From positions 1-23,378 of the forward strand of contig JABWCM010000086.1 in assembly GCA_013360285.1 (NCBI GenBank): a stretch of 23,378 nucleotides of DNA, written 5' to 3'. The notes beneath the pieces are model-generated. The model saw only the letters and a program-made list of their open reading frames with translations. It was not told where the DNA came from and made no database searches. Positions 8,179-16,955 of this stretch are shown here, piece after piece. Position 1 is the stretch's first letter. Each line of letters begins with the position of its first letter. This DNA comes from Myxococcales bacterium (GTDB lineage Bacteria; Myxococcota_A; UBA9042; JABWCM01). The translations under genes were made by a program, and so were the position numbers.

Positions 8179-8976
8179 ATGAACGAACTGCTGGAAACGG
8201 CCATCGCATACCCCACGGTCGTTTTTACAATTTTGCTAGGAGTGCTGCTCGTCTATTGGACACTGGTTATTATTGGTGCATTAAGCATAGAAACGTTTCA
8301 TGTCGATACCGGCGTCGATGGAACGATCGACGGGGCGGCGTCTGCCAGTGGGGACGCCGCAGCCGAGTCATTCGGCGCCGAGTCGACGGGAACAGCGGAG
8401 ATCGGCGATCAGGGAGACGGTGGAGACACTCATGGTGGCACAACGAACCTTTTGGAAGCATTAGGACTAACCGGCGTTCCGATTACTGTATCGCTTAGCT
8501 TTCTGGTTCTTTGGTCGTGGCTACTGACGATTGTCGCCATCGACTGGACACGGAATTTACTTGTCGACACTACCCTGCGCCCTTGGGCTCACACTGGGAT
8601 AGCTGTTGGCTCGATTGCAGCCTCGATTTGGCTTACTGGCCTATGCATAAGGCCCCTGCGACGCGTCTTTCAAAAACATCCGACCACCGAGAGTCGAAGT
8701 TTGGTGGGCGCGGTGTGCCAAATTTCGACGCTGCGTGTGGACTCACGTTTTGGGCAAGCCTCGGTGGAGTTAACCGGTGCAAATCTGTTACTCCCCGTTC
8801 GTTGTCTGGAGCAAAACCAACTCACGAAAGGGTCCGAGGCGCTGATCATTGAATTTGACGAAACAAAAGAGGTCTTCCTGGTTGTACCAATGGACCACGT
8901 GCTGACGTCGGAGAAGCGTTCGACATCCAGTAACTTGCCATCAAACCAACGCTCCCAGGCGAACAAACAGAGTTAG
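8179..8976 (+). CDS. yqiJ: YqiJ/NfeD-like inner-membrane protein (flotillin-associated; three TM segments, acidic Gly/Asp/Ala-rich loop, C-terminal OB-fold-like soluble domain)
   Basis: Three TM segments: TM1 YPTVVFTILLGVLLVYWTLVIIGAL, TM2 VPITVSLSFLVLWSWLLTIVAI and TM3 GIAVGSIAASIWLTGLCI. A low-complexity DG/A-rich acidic linker separates TM1 from TM2. The beta-rich C-terminus (…ISTLRVDSRFGQASVELTGANLLLPVRCL…EALIIEFDETKEVFLVVPMD) is typical of NfeD/YqiJ partners of SPFH proteins. It sits immediately upstream of a flotillin gene, as in the E. coli yqiJK and B. subtilis yuaF-floT arrangements. Confidence 0.65.
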   Translation: MNELLETAIAYPTVVFTILLGVLLVYWTLVIIGALSIETFHVDTGVDGTIDGAASASGDAAAESFGAESTGTAEIGDQGDGGDTHGGTTNLLEALGLTGVPITVSLSFLVLWSWLLTIVAIDWTRNLLVDTTLRPWAHTGIAVGSIAASIWLTGLCIRPLRRVFQKHPTTESRSLVGAVCQISTLRVDSRFGQASVELTGANLLLPVRCLEQNQLTKGSEALIIEFDETKEVFLVVPMDHVLTSEKRSTSSNLPSNQRSQANKQS

Positions 8977-8978
8977 TA

Positions 8979-9010
8979 GAACATGTGGTGAGGTAACTTA
9001 ACACATGTTC
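8979..9010. repeat. Perfect 9-bp inverted repeat (GAACATGTG ... CACATGTTC) with a 14-nt loop, sitting between the yqiJ-like stop codon and the flotillin start
   Basis: 8979-8987 gaacatgtg is the reverse complement of 9002-9010 cacatgttc. It begins 3 nt after the TAG stop at 8974-8976. No U-tract follows it, so it is not a classical intrinsic terminator. Confidence 0.5.
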
Positions 9011-9070
9011 AGCGCAAAGAGGACAGTTTCTGTCAGGTATGAGCCTAAAATACGTTAATTTTCGCGACCG

Positions 9071-11182
9071 ATGGCTACCAAAAAAGGAGAAAAATTCGTC
9101 ATGTCACTTTATGCCGTATTAGTAACAGTTGGGGCAATTGTCATTTTGGTCCTGGGTATGGCCGGCCTATTAATGAAATTTTACAGAAAAGTGGACCAAG
9201 GAAAGGCATTGATTGTCAACAATCTTAAAGCCGATCCGGACGTAGTTTTCACAGGCGCCGTTGTTTACCCAATTATCCATCGTGCTGAAATTATGGATAT
9301 TTCCGTAAAAACGATCGAGATCGATCGACGCGGAAAAGAAGGACTTATATGCAAGGACAATATTCGAGCAGACATCAAGGTAACGTTCTTTGTTCGCGTC
9401 AACAAAACCCGTGAAGACGTGCTCAAGGTCGCGCAATCGATCGGCTGTGTTCGGGCGTCCGACCACAAAACTCTGGAGGATCTGTTTGCGGCAAAATTTT
9501 CCGAGGCGTTAAAAACCGTCGGAAAACGAATGGAATTTGAAAGCCTTTACGAGGAACGAGATCGTTTCCGAGACGAGATTATCGACATCATCGGCCGCGA
9601 TCTGAACGGTTATATCCTCGAAGACGCTGCGATCGACTATCTTGAACAAACGCCACTGGCGAACCTTGATAGCAATAACATTTTGGATGCTCAGGGAATA
9701 CGTAAAATTACCGAGCTGACATCGATTCAGCATGTTCGAACCAACGAGTATGCCAATAACGAAAAGAAATTGATAAAAAAACAGGATGTCGAAGCAACAG
9801 AAGCGATATTGGAGTTAGAGCGCCAACAGGCCGACGCTGAATCAAAACAAAAAAGGGAAATTGCAACCGTTAGGGCACGCGAAGATGCGGAAGTGCTTCG
9901 CGTACAAGCAGAGGAGCGTTTAAAAGCCGAGTCCGCGCGAATCAAGACCACGGAGGACTTATCAGTTCAAGAGGAGAACAAAAATCGACAAGTCGAAGTG
10001 GCGAAGAAAAACCGTGAACGTGTAGTGGCCGTTGAAGGTGAGCGTGTAGAAAGGGATCGTGTAATCGAACAAATCGGCAGGGAACGCGAAACAGAATTGC
10101 TGCGGATCGCCAAAGAAAAGGCGTTGGAAGTTGAACGAAAGGCAATTCAAGACGTGATCCGGGAGCGCATCGCGGTTGAAAAAACCGTCGCAGAAGAGGA
10201 GGAACGAATCAAGGACTTGCGGTTGATTGCAGAAGCAAAACGCAACAAAGAAGCCGTGGTGCTGGCCGCAGAAGCCGAAGCCCAAGAGTTGCTTGTCAAA
10301 GGCATCAAAGCAGCCGAGGCGGCCGAACAGGCATCCAAATACAAAGCCAAAGAACGGCTGGTCCTTGCCGACGCCGACTTGGAAGCCACCGACAAAGCAG
10401 CCAAAGCGAAAATCCGGCTTGCCGAAGGCATTCAGGCAGAAGAAGCTGCAGCCGGCCTAGCCAGAGTTCGTGTTAAAGAAGCGGATGCGATAGCGCTCGA
10501 AAAGGTCGGATTTGCAGAAGCCCGTGTCCTAATCGAAAAGGCGCAGGCAGAAGCGCAGGGAAACGAAGCGTCCGGACTGGCTCGAGCCCGGGTATTGGAG
10601 GCGGAGGCCGCCGCAAACGAAAAAGCGGGACTCGCATCGGCTCGAGTCCGACGCGAACAAGGAACAGCAGAAGCACAAGCCATCTTGGAAAAGGCCAACA
10701 GCATGCGCGCTCTTGACGAAGCAACCCGAGGGCATGAAGAATTCCGCCTGCGTGTGGAAATGGAGAAGTCGCTGGGACTGGAGGAAATCCATGCCAAACG
10801 ACAAGTTGCCGAAGCCCAGGCACGCATTTTAGGCGACGCCTTCAAAACCGCAAAGATTGATATTGTCGGGGGCGACGCGGCGTTTATCGATCGAGTCGTA
10901 AACGCGGTCTCGTATGGGAAGTCACTCGACGGGGCGGTGAAGCACAGCAACACGTTATCAACTCTTGGGGCGGACTATCTTAACGGAAAGTCACGGCTGC
11001 TGGATGATGTCAAGAAACTCATAGCAACATCCGGACTTTCTGCGACCGACCTGCAGGCATTAACAGTAACAGCATTCCTTACAAAAATGATGCGAAATGC
11101 AGACGGGGGAGCCAAAACCCATCTTCAGAATCTTTTGGCAAAAGCAACAGAACTTGGCCTAGCCGACACCAATTTAAGTTAA
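9071..11182 (+). CDS. yqiK: Flotillin / SPFH (band 7) family protein, YqiK/FloT-like, with a long Glu/Ala/Lys-rich coiled-coil region
   Basis: N-terminal membrane hairpin MSLYAVLVTVGAIVILVLGMAGLLMKFYRK. The SPFH core includes ...IVNNLKADPDVVFTGAVVYPIIHRAEIMDISVKTIEIDRRGKEGLICKDNIRADIKVTFFVRV.... About 350 aa of EA-rich repeats follow (ARARVLEAEAAANEKAGLASARV...), then a C-terminal helical domain. The real start is more likely the ATG at 9101 (MSLYAV...), which has AAGGAG 11 nt upstream, than the first ATG at 9071. Confidence 0.85.
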   Translation: MATKKGEKFVMSLYAVLVTVGAIVILVLGMAGLLMKFYRKVDQGKALIVNNLKADPDVVFTGAVVYPIIHRAEIMDISVKTIEIDRRGKEGLICKDNIRADIKVTFFVRVNKTREDVLKVAQSIGCVRASDHKTLEDLFAAKFSEALKTVGKRMEFESLYEERDRFRDEIIDIIGRDLNGYILEDAAIDYLEQTPLANLDSNNILDAQGIRKITELTSIQHVRTNEYANNEKKLIKKQDVEATEAILELERQQADAESKQKREIATVRAREDAEVLRVQAEERLKAESARIKTTEDLSVQEENKNRQVEVAKKNRERVVAVEGERVERDRVIEQIGRERETELLRIAKEKALEVERKAIQDVIRERIAVEKTVAEEEERIKDLRLIAEAKRNKEAVVLAAEAEAQELLVKGIKAAEAAEQASKYKAKERLVLADADLEATDKAAKAKIRLAEGIQAEEAAAGLARVRVKEADAIALEKVGFAEARVLIEKAQAEAQGNEASGLARARVLEAEAAANEKAGLASARVRREQGTAEAQAILEKANSMRALDEATRGHEEFRLRVEMEKSLGLEEIHAKRQVAEAQARILGDAFKTAKIDIVGGDAAFIDRVVNAVSYGKSLDGAVKHSNTLSTLGADYLNGKSRLLDDVKKLIATSGLSATDLQALTVTAFLTKMMRNADGGAKTHLQNLLAKATELGLADTNLS
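9084..9089 (+). promoter_or_regulatory. Shine-Dalgarno (AAGGAG) serving the internal ATG at 9101 of the flotillin ORF
   Basis: The sequence is aaaaaaggagaaaaattcgtcATG, and the second Met starts directly at the TM hairpin. Confidence 0.45.
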
Positions 11183-11237
11183 TGAACTGAAGTACAAAAT
11201 TAGACTATCTCGTTCAGTGTGAAAACGCGACCACGTC

Positions 11238-14200
11238 GTGGTTGATGCGCGGACACTGGGACTTGTATCCAGCAGGTCGCCGCAAAAGGTCAATACAATG
11301 ACAGCCGAAGAATCCGAACCACGGAAATCAGCAATCGATACCGCAGTAGACAAAGGAACTTATGAGGTTCTGCGTGACAGACTGGTCAAATCGTCTGCCG
11401 ATCTTGCTAACCGTGCGGACCGCCTGAATGTGAGCCGAGTGGAACACTTCGGCACAAGTCGGTTTGAAGTCATTAGCAGTGATCGAATTCGTACCATCAA
11501 CAACTGTGTCCCGCGCGATATTGTCTCAGTGGGAAATCATCTGATATTTGGATACAATGTCTTTATTGGTCTTCGTAAACAAACCGTCATAAGCGATGTT
11601 CTATCGGTTCACCGATTCCAGGACGAAGAAGGAAAATTCTCGTTTGAGCCGCTCACATCGGGCCATGAGCCGGATTATTTGGTTGATCCTCGGTTTGTGA
11701 GGGATTTCGACGAACTGTACCAGTATTATAAGGATGCTAAATTAGTACAACTAAGGGTTAGAGACCAAAAGTTATTGGCCGTATTTCAAATAGGGCAATC
11801 AATCAAGGACATTCGGGTATTACGTTGGAGTATTGCAAACGATTTTCGCTTAAATTACATCGACAACCGCGGCGAGCGTGACCACATATTTCCTCCAACT
11901 CACGATTTTGAATGGACCGCAACGACCAGGTCCGATCATCGTCACGGGTCCCACCCTCACGTGTCGATCCTGGACGAAGTCTTCGTAGAAACCATTGGTG
12001 GTGACCTTACCGTTAAAATCGAAGACAATACCGCAACTGGGCTAGGCGTATACTCAGAACCCGTGGACGATCCCCGACAGAGTTTAGACGACGCCGAGTT
12101 CTTGTACGCACGGGTGGGACCGCTTGTCCTATTGAAAATAAAACCGTATCGCGAGCTTTCTTATCGCTATCTCGTATTCAATACTCGAACTCGCACGGTA
12201 TCTCGGATCGACGCAATTGGACAATCCTGCGTACGACTGCCGGAAGACCACGGAATTATTTTTCCTGGAGGCTATTATCTCCAAAATGGCGAATTGAAAT
12301 TATTTGATCTCGATATTTCAGGAATGATCTTCAAACGTATGGTTCGTTCACCCAACGGAGAAGATGTTCTATACGTATTTCATGACAAGGACGGCGGACG
12401 ACGCATTCTCCTGCCTTACAATTTGATTCGCAAAGAGGTAGTCGCTGCCGTCCCCTGCCATGGATTTACACTGTTTCCGGACGGCAAAATGGTCCTGTTT
12501 CGTGCCACCACCGATGAACCCACACGCGTTCATCCGATGCAAGTTTGGCGAACTCCGTTTGTGTCTGACGAAATCGCCGCAATACAGCCAGTAGGAACCT
12601 CGTTTCTTGCAAAAATCGGCAACGCAGAACTGGTACGGGGCATTTCCGACGCGTTGTCGATCTGCAGGATGGTGGAGGACAGCCAACCTAGTCTGCGAAA
12701 ATACGAGGATTTGATTCAAGCAACCCGCCGTGTGTCGGACAATTATCTTTGGTACGGCGACGCAGACGCACATGACCTGAGATCGCCACTTCACGAAATT
12801 CAGTCTGTAGCTGACCTTATTGCTGATGAATTTGAAAAGGTTCAGGTGCAACGCCAAGCGACCCGGCAGGCATTGAATGGTGTCCAAGCAGATCAAGCCA
12901 GGGTTCTCAACGAGCTACGTCCCCAGGATTTTCGGGCTATTGAGTCGTTTGTGGAGACGTTGGCAACCATCCGCAACCTGCGCGGCCGCATCGTCGGCCT
13001 CCGTGATCTACGATATATCGACTTACCTGATGTCGACACACTGGAAGCTGCCAACACGGCGGCGTTTGCGATGGTCAGTAAAGAGACGGTCACCTTTTTG
13101 CTAAAGGAGGAGGCTTTAACACCTTATCTAAGTCGAATTTCAGAGTTGACCAACAGCGCAGAGAAATCGCAGACCGTAGTCGACCTTGCGACACAGCAAG
13201 AGGCTGTAGACAAAATCAGCCAGGGACTTGAACTTTTGTCGGAAATCGTCGCGTCTCTGAAGGTCGATGATGCGACAAAACGAACCAAGATTTTGGAAAA
13301 GACGTCGGAAGTCTTCTCCCAACTCAACAGAACACGTGCTATCTGCCAAACAAGGCGAAAAGAACTGCGATCAACGGAAGCAAAAGCCGAATTCAGTGCG
13401 GATTTCCGCCTTTATGCTCAAAGTGTACAAAGTGCCATTGGACTAGCCGATACACCGGAAAAATGCGACGACCAACTTGCAGCGTTGCTGCTGCAACTTG
13501 AAGAACTGGAGAGCCGCTACAGTGAGTTTGATGAGTTTCTGACCGAACTTGCGGTCAAACGCGAGGACGTCTACGAGGTACTTTCTGCAAGAAAACAGAC
13601 GCTTGTGGACGAAAGACAAAGAAGGTCCCAAAACGTCGTGGTCGCCGTAGACCGAATTCTTTCGGGTATCGCGCGGCGTAGCGCAACATTTCAATCGCCC
13701 GATGAACTGAACACCTATTTTGCGGCCGACCCAATGGTCGCAAAGGTTTACGAGTTAAGCGACAAATTGCGCACACTTGGCGATGGACTACGAGCTGACG
13801 AAATCATCAGCCGCCTCAAGGTGACAAAGGAGGAATCTGTACGCGCGCTGCGTGATCGATCCGATCTGTTCGAGGACGGCGCAAAAGTGATTCGACTCGG
13901 ACGTCATCGATTTTCTGTCAATACATCTCTTGTTGACCTTACTCTAATTCCGCGCGATGACAAACTTGTACTTCACCTTACTGGTACAGATTATTTCGAA
14001 GTGATCGACGAGCCCCAGTGGACCGAAACCAAGGAATTCTGGGCTCAACAAATCGTGTCCGAAACCGACCAGGTTTATCGAAGTGAATATTTGGCGTCAT
14101 GCATATTGGCAGAAGCAGAAAGTGAACAAAATGGCGTATCCGTCCGCGACCTCATTGAGGCGGCGCGGTTTTTTGACTCGCTATCAGCACTGGTCAACAA

Positions 14201-16850
14201 AACCGCCGCCGAGCGTTACGACGAAGGATACGAGCGAGGAGTCCACGACCATGATGCAGCGCTGATTCTTGCCAAAATAGTACCGATGTACTTCGGCGCA
14301 GGCTTACTTCGTTATCCCGCCACAGCGAGAGCCATCGGCACTTTGTTTTGGGCACGGTGCGACAATACAACTCAAAAATCCAACTGGGAAAGGCGAGCGA
14401 AAAACCTGTTGCGATTACGCGAAACCTTTGCCCACAGCAATGCCATAGACATATTTGTGGAGGAGTTGTCGGATGCGGTTCTCTCGTTTTTCTCCGCGAA
14501 TGAAATTAAGATAAATAGTGATATATCTCACTTAGCATCCAGATATTTGTTGGAAGAGGTGGGACAATCACCCGTACGCTTTGTAGTGAGCCCCGAGGCA
14601 ATTCACCTTCGTGATGCGTTGGCCAAAAAGCTCAACAGCCAGTCGGTGTTTCGTCAGCTCACCGATGATTTGGCAGGACTCTCTGGTCACCTACGACCTG
14701 CATATGAACTAGCCACAGCGTGGGTCCGCAGCTTTGTTGAACAAAGCAACGATCCAGCACTTTCAGACTATGCGCACCTTTGCGAAGAAACAGCAGTGTT
14801 GTTGTTAACGGAACCGTCTCTGCCAAGAATGGCATTTACCACAACTACCCCGACAGTTGTGGATGTTTCCGAACTTCTTGGTCAGCACCCTCGCATAATC
14901 AATCGAACCATGAGATTACGTTTGGACGAGTTTGTTTCTCGGCTTACGGTCTTTCGTAAACATCGAGCACCATCATTTAGACATTATGTCAACTCAAGGA
15001 ATCGTTTTCTTCAAACGCAACGTGCAAGATTGCGTCTGGACGAATTGAAGCCGAAAGTCATGAGCACGTTCGTGCGAAATCGACTCATCAACGATGTTTA
15101 CCTGCCGCTGATAGGAGATAATTTAGCAAAACAAATCGGAACCGTTGGCGAAACTGGTAGAACGGACAGAATGGGAATGTTGCTGCTGATTTCACCGCCT
15201 GGGTACGGAAAAACGACACTTATGGAATATGTAGCCAACCGCTTGGGGCTCATTTTCGTAAAGGTCAATGGACCCTCGTTGGGGCACGGCGTAACGTCGA
15301 TCGATCCCGACGAAGCACCCAACATGACGGCACGTCAAGAGGTAGACAAAGTCAATTTTGCATTGGAGTTGGGTAACAACGTGATGCTGTATATCGATGA
15401 CATACAGCACACCAACACGGAACTCCTTCAGAAGTTCATCTCGCTTTGTGACGCCCAGAGGAAAATCGAGGGAGTGTGGCGCGGGCAAGCCAGAACCTAC
15501 GATCTTCGAGGAAAACGATTTTGTGTGTGTATGGCTGGAAATCCATATACGGAATCGGGACAGCGGTTTCAACTACCCGACATGCTCGCAAACCGGGCCG
15601 ACACATATAATCTCGGTGAAGTGTTGTCGGGTCGTGATGAACTGTTTCGGTTAAGTTACGTTGAAAACAGCCTCACTTCCAACCCGGTGTTGGCACCCCT
15701 TGTGACACGTGATCCGCAGGATATTTCTACATTTGTAGCTATTGCACATGGTCAGAATCGGTCACCGAGTGAACTGAAGTACAGTTATAGTGCGGCCGAG
15801 CAGGAAGAAATCGTGCTCGTCCTCAGGAAATTGTTTCGGATCATTGAGGTCGTATTAGCGGTAAACCAGCAGTACATCTTGTCTGCATCCCAAGAAGACG
15901 CGTATCGAACGGAACCACCGTTTAAGTTGCAAGGTAGTTATCGAAACATGACCAAACTGGCATCAAAAGTAGTCGCGGTTATGAACCCCTCCGAACTGGA
16001 GTCGCTGATTGATGATCATTATGCCTCTGAGTCCCAGACTCTTACGACTGGAGCGGAACACAACCTTCTTAAATTAGCCGAAATACGTGGGAAATTAACG
16101 GATGAACAAAACAAACGATGGGCAGAAATCAAAAAAAGTTTTGGACGTAATCAAGTGATGGGTGGGCGCGATGCTGATCCTGTTACTCGAGTAACCCAGG
16201 TACTCGGTAGCTTGGGCGAAAGACTGGACGCAATCGCCTTGGCGGTGGATTCCGCGGTCCGCAGCGAAACAGCAAACATTTCGCCGGCGGAAAAGATCAA
16301 CCAAGGTCTTACGGATATGGGTATCCATCTTGCTGCAATCGCGAAAGCCATTACCAACGTTGAACACAACGTGGCCGCACAGCAACAATCTTCTGTGACA
16401 CTCCAATCAGCACTGCAGCCAGTGGAGAAAAACCTAACAGGAATACAGCGTGCTCTTCAGACTCTGGTCTCTGTTTCCCAAAGCGGAGCGGACAGATCAC
16501 TCACAACCGCTTCAACGATACAACCACTGATTGACCAAATGACACAACTCATAGCAACACTCGCGAAAGCTCGATTCGGCGTGGAAATTGTCAACATGCC
16601 GCCTCCGGCTGTCCATGACCTGGTCTCCAAACAAATACAAATCATTGAGCAATTGATGATTCCAGTTCTGCGCTCACTGGGTCATAACCTAAAGGGGTCG
16701 AAAGCCATTTGGGACAAACTTGGCGAGCTAATTGAAAAACTCCGTGAAACTGACATGCGGGATATCGCCAGCGCTGCCCGTACAGTAGAAATGGTCTCCC
16801 TTTTTGGAAATGAACCCAACGAAAATGACCGTAATACAAACAATGGTTAG
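11238..16850 (+). CDS. Giant (about 1,850-aa) soluble multidomain AAA+ ATPase of unknown function. It has an N-terminal beta-rich region, a long helical/coiled-coil middle, a MoxR/dynein-like AAA+ core near residue 1300-1500 and a Gln-rich helical C-terminus. It resembles the large proteins generically annotated as DNA-repair-ATPase-like.
   Basis: This is a single uninterrupted ORF. The track start is GTG at 11238, and the first ATG is at 11298 (MTAEESEP...). AAA+ motifs: Walker A LLLISPPGYGKTTLMEY (nt about 15201-15218), Walker B VMLYIDDIQH (about 15385-15410, DD rather than DE), sensor-1 CVCMAGNPYT and an arginine in MLANRADTY. I saw no hydrophobic TM segments. It starts 56-116 nt after the flotillin stop on the same strand. 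Confidence 0.8.
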   Translation: MVDARTLGLVSSRSPQKVNTMTAEESEPRKSAIDTAVDKGTYEVLRDRLVKSSADLANRADRLNVSRVEHFGTSRFEVISSDRIRTINNCVPRDIVSVGNHLIFGYNVFIGLRKQTVISDVLSVHRFQDEEGKFSFEPLTSGHEPDYLVDPRFVRDFDELYQYYKDAKLVQLRVRDQKLLAVFQIGQSIKDIRVLRWSIANDFRLNYIDNRGERDHIFPPTHDFEWTATTRSDHRHGSHPHVSILDEVFVETIGGDLTVKIEDNTATGLGVYSEPVDDPRQSLDDAEFLYARVGPLVLLKIKPYRELSYRYLVFNTRTRTVSRIDAIGQSCVRLPEDHGIIFPGGYYLQNGELKLFDLDISGMIFKRMVRSPNGEDVLYVFHDKDGGRRILLPYNLIRKEVVAAVPCHGFTLFPDGKMVLFRATTDEPTRVHPMQVWRTPFVSDEIAAIQPVGTSFLAKIGNAELVRGISDALSICRMVEDSQPSLRKYEDLIQATRRVSDNYLWYGDADAHDLRSPLHEIQSVADLIADEFEKVQVQRQATRQALNGVQADQARVLNELRPQDFRAIESFVETLATIRNLRGRIVGLRDLRYIDLPDVDTLEAANTAAFAMVSKETVTFLLKEEALTPYLSRISELTNSAEKSQTVVDLATQQEAVDKISQGLELLSEIVASLKVDDATKRTKILEKTSEVFSQLNRTRAICQTRRKELRSTEAKAEFSADFRLYAQSVQSAIGLADTPEKCDDQLAALLLQLEELESRYSEFDEFLTELAVKREDVYEVLSARKQTLVDERQRRSQNVVVAVDRILSGIARRSATFQSPDELNTYFAADPMVAKVYELSDKLRTLGDGLRADEIISRLKVTKEESVRALRDRSDLFEDGAKVIRLGRHRFSVNTSLVDLTLIPRDDKLVLHLTGTDYFEVIDEPQWTETKEFWAQQIVSETDQVYRSEYLASCILAEAESEQNGVSVRDLIEAARFFDSLSALVNKTAAERYDEGYERGVHDHDAALILAKIVPMYFGAGLLRYPATARAIGTLFWARCDNTTQKSNWERRAKNLLRLRETFAHSNAIDIFVEELSDAVLSFFSANEIKINSDISHLASRYLLEEVGQSPVRFVVSPEAIHLRDALAKKLNSQSVFRQLTDDLAGLSGHLRPAYELATAWVRSFVEQSNDPALSDYAHLCEETAVLLLTEPSLPRMAFTTTTPTVVDVSELLGQHPRIINRTMRLRLDEFVSRLTVFRKHRAPSFRHYVNSRNRFLQTQRARLRLDELKPKVMSTFVRNRLINDVYLPLIGDNLAKQIGTVGETGRTDRMGMLLLISPPGYGKTTLMEYVANRLGLIFVKVNGPSLGHGVTSIDPDEAPNMTARQEVDKVNFALELGNNVMLYIDDIQHTNTELLQKFISLCDAQRKIEGVWRGQARTYDLRGKRFCVCMAGNPYTESGQRFQLPDMLANRADTYNLGEVLSGRDELFRLSYVENSLTSNPVLAPLVTRDPQDISTFVAIAHGQNRSPSELKYSYSAAEQEEIVLVLRKLFRIIEVVLAVNQQYILSASQEDAYRTEPPFKLQGSYRNMTKLASKVVAVMNPSELESLIDDHYASESQTLTTGAEHNLLKLAEIRGKLTDEQNKRWAEIKKSFGRNQVMGGRDADPVTRVTQVLGSLGERLDAIALAVDSAVRSETANISPAEKINQGLTDMGIHLAAIAKAITNVEHNVAAQQQSSVTLQSALQPVEKNLTGIQRALQTLVSVSQSGADRSLTTASTIQPLIDQMTQLIATLAKARFGVEIVNMPPPAVHDLVSKQIQIIEQLMIPVLRSLGHNLKGSKAIWDKLGELIEKLRETDMRDIASAARTVEMVSLFGNEPNENDRNTNNG

Positions 16851-16955
16851 TTCAAATTGGGCAAAGCAACCAGTAGAACCAGACCGCACGGTTTCCGAGA
16901 TCCGTGAAGCAAACGATAGCGGTTTTACCACGATATGAGATCCGGTTAGGCAATC

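Noticed and set aside
7722-8498. 258-aa plus-strand ORF spanning the divergent intergenic region and the 5' half of the yqiJ-like gene
   Set aside because: It overlaps the TlpA-like gene antisense and the yqiJ-like gene in another frame. It is Arg-rich junk-like sequence with no motif, and the yqiJ-like frame has a proper Shine-Dalgarno, TM topology and operon context.
9509-10953. Series of minus-strand ORFs (74-173 aa; A/S/R-rich, for example 10432-10953) antisense to the flotillin gene
   Set aside because: They are mirror-frame artefacts of the GAA/GCC-rich EA coiled-coil coding sequence, with no starts supported by ribosome-binding sites and no domains.
11230-11242. 13-bp odd palindrome ACCACG-T-CGTGGT just upstream of the giant ATPase ATG
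   Set aside because: Arms of 6 bp are expected several times by chance in 23 kb. It also overlaps the GTG-initiated part of the ORF. It is worth a glance as a possible operator but not supportable.
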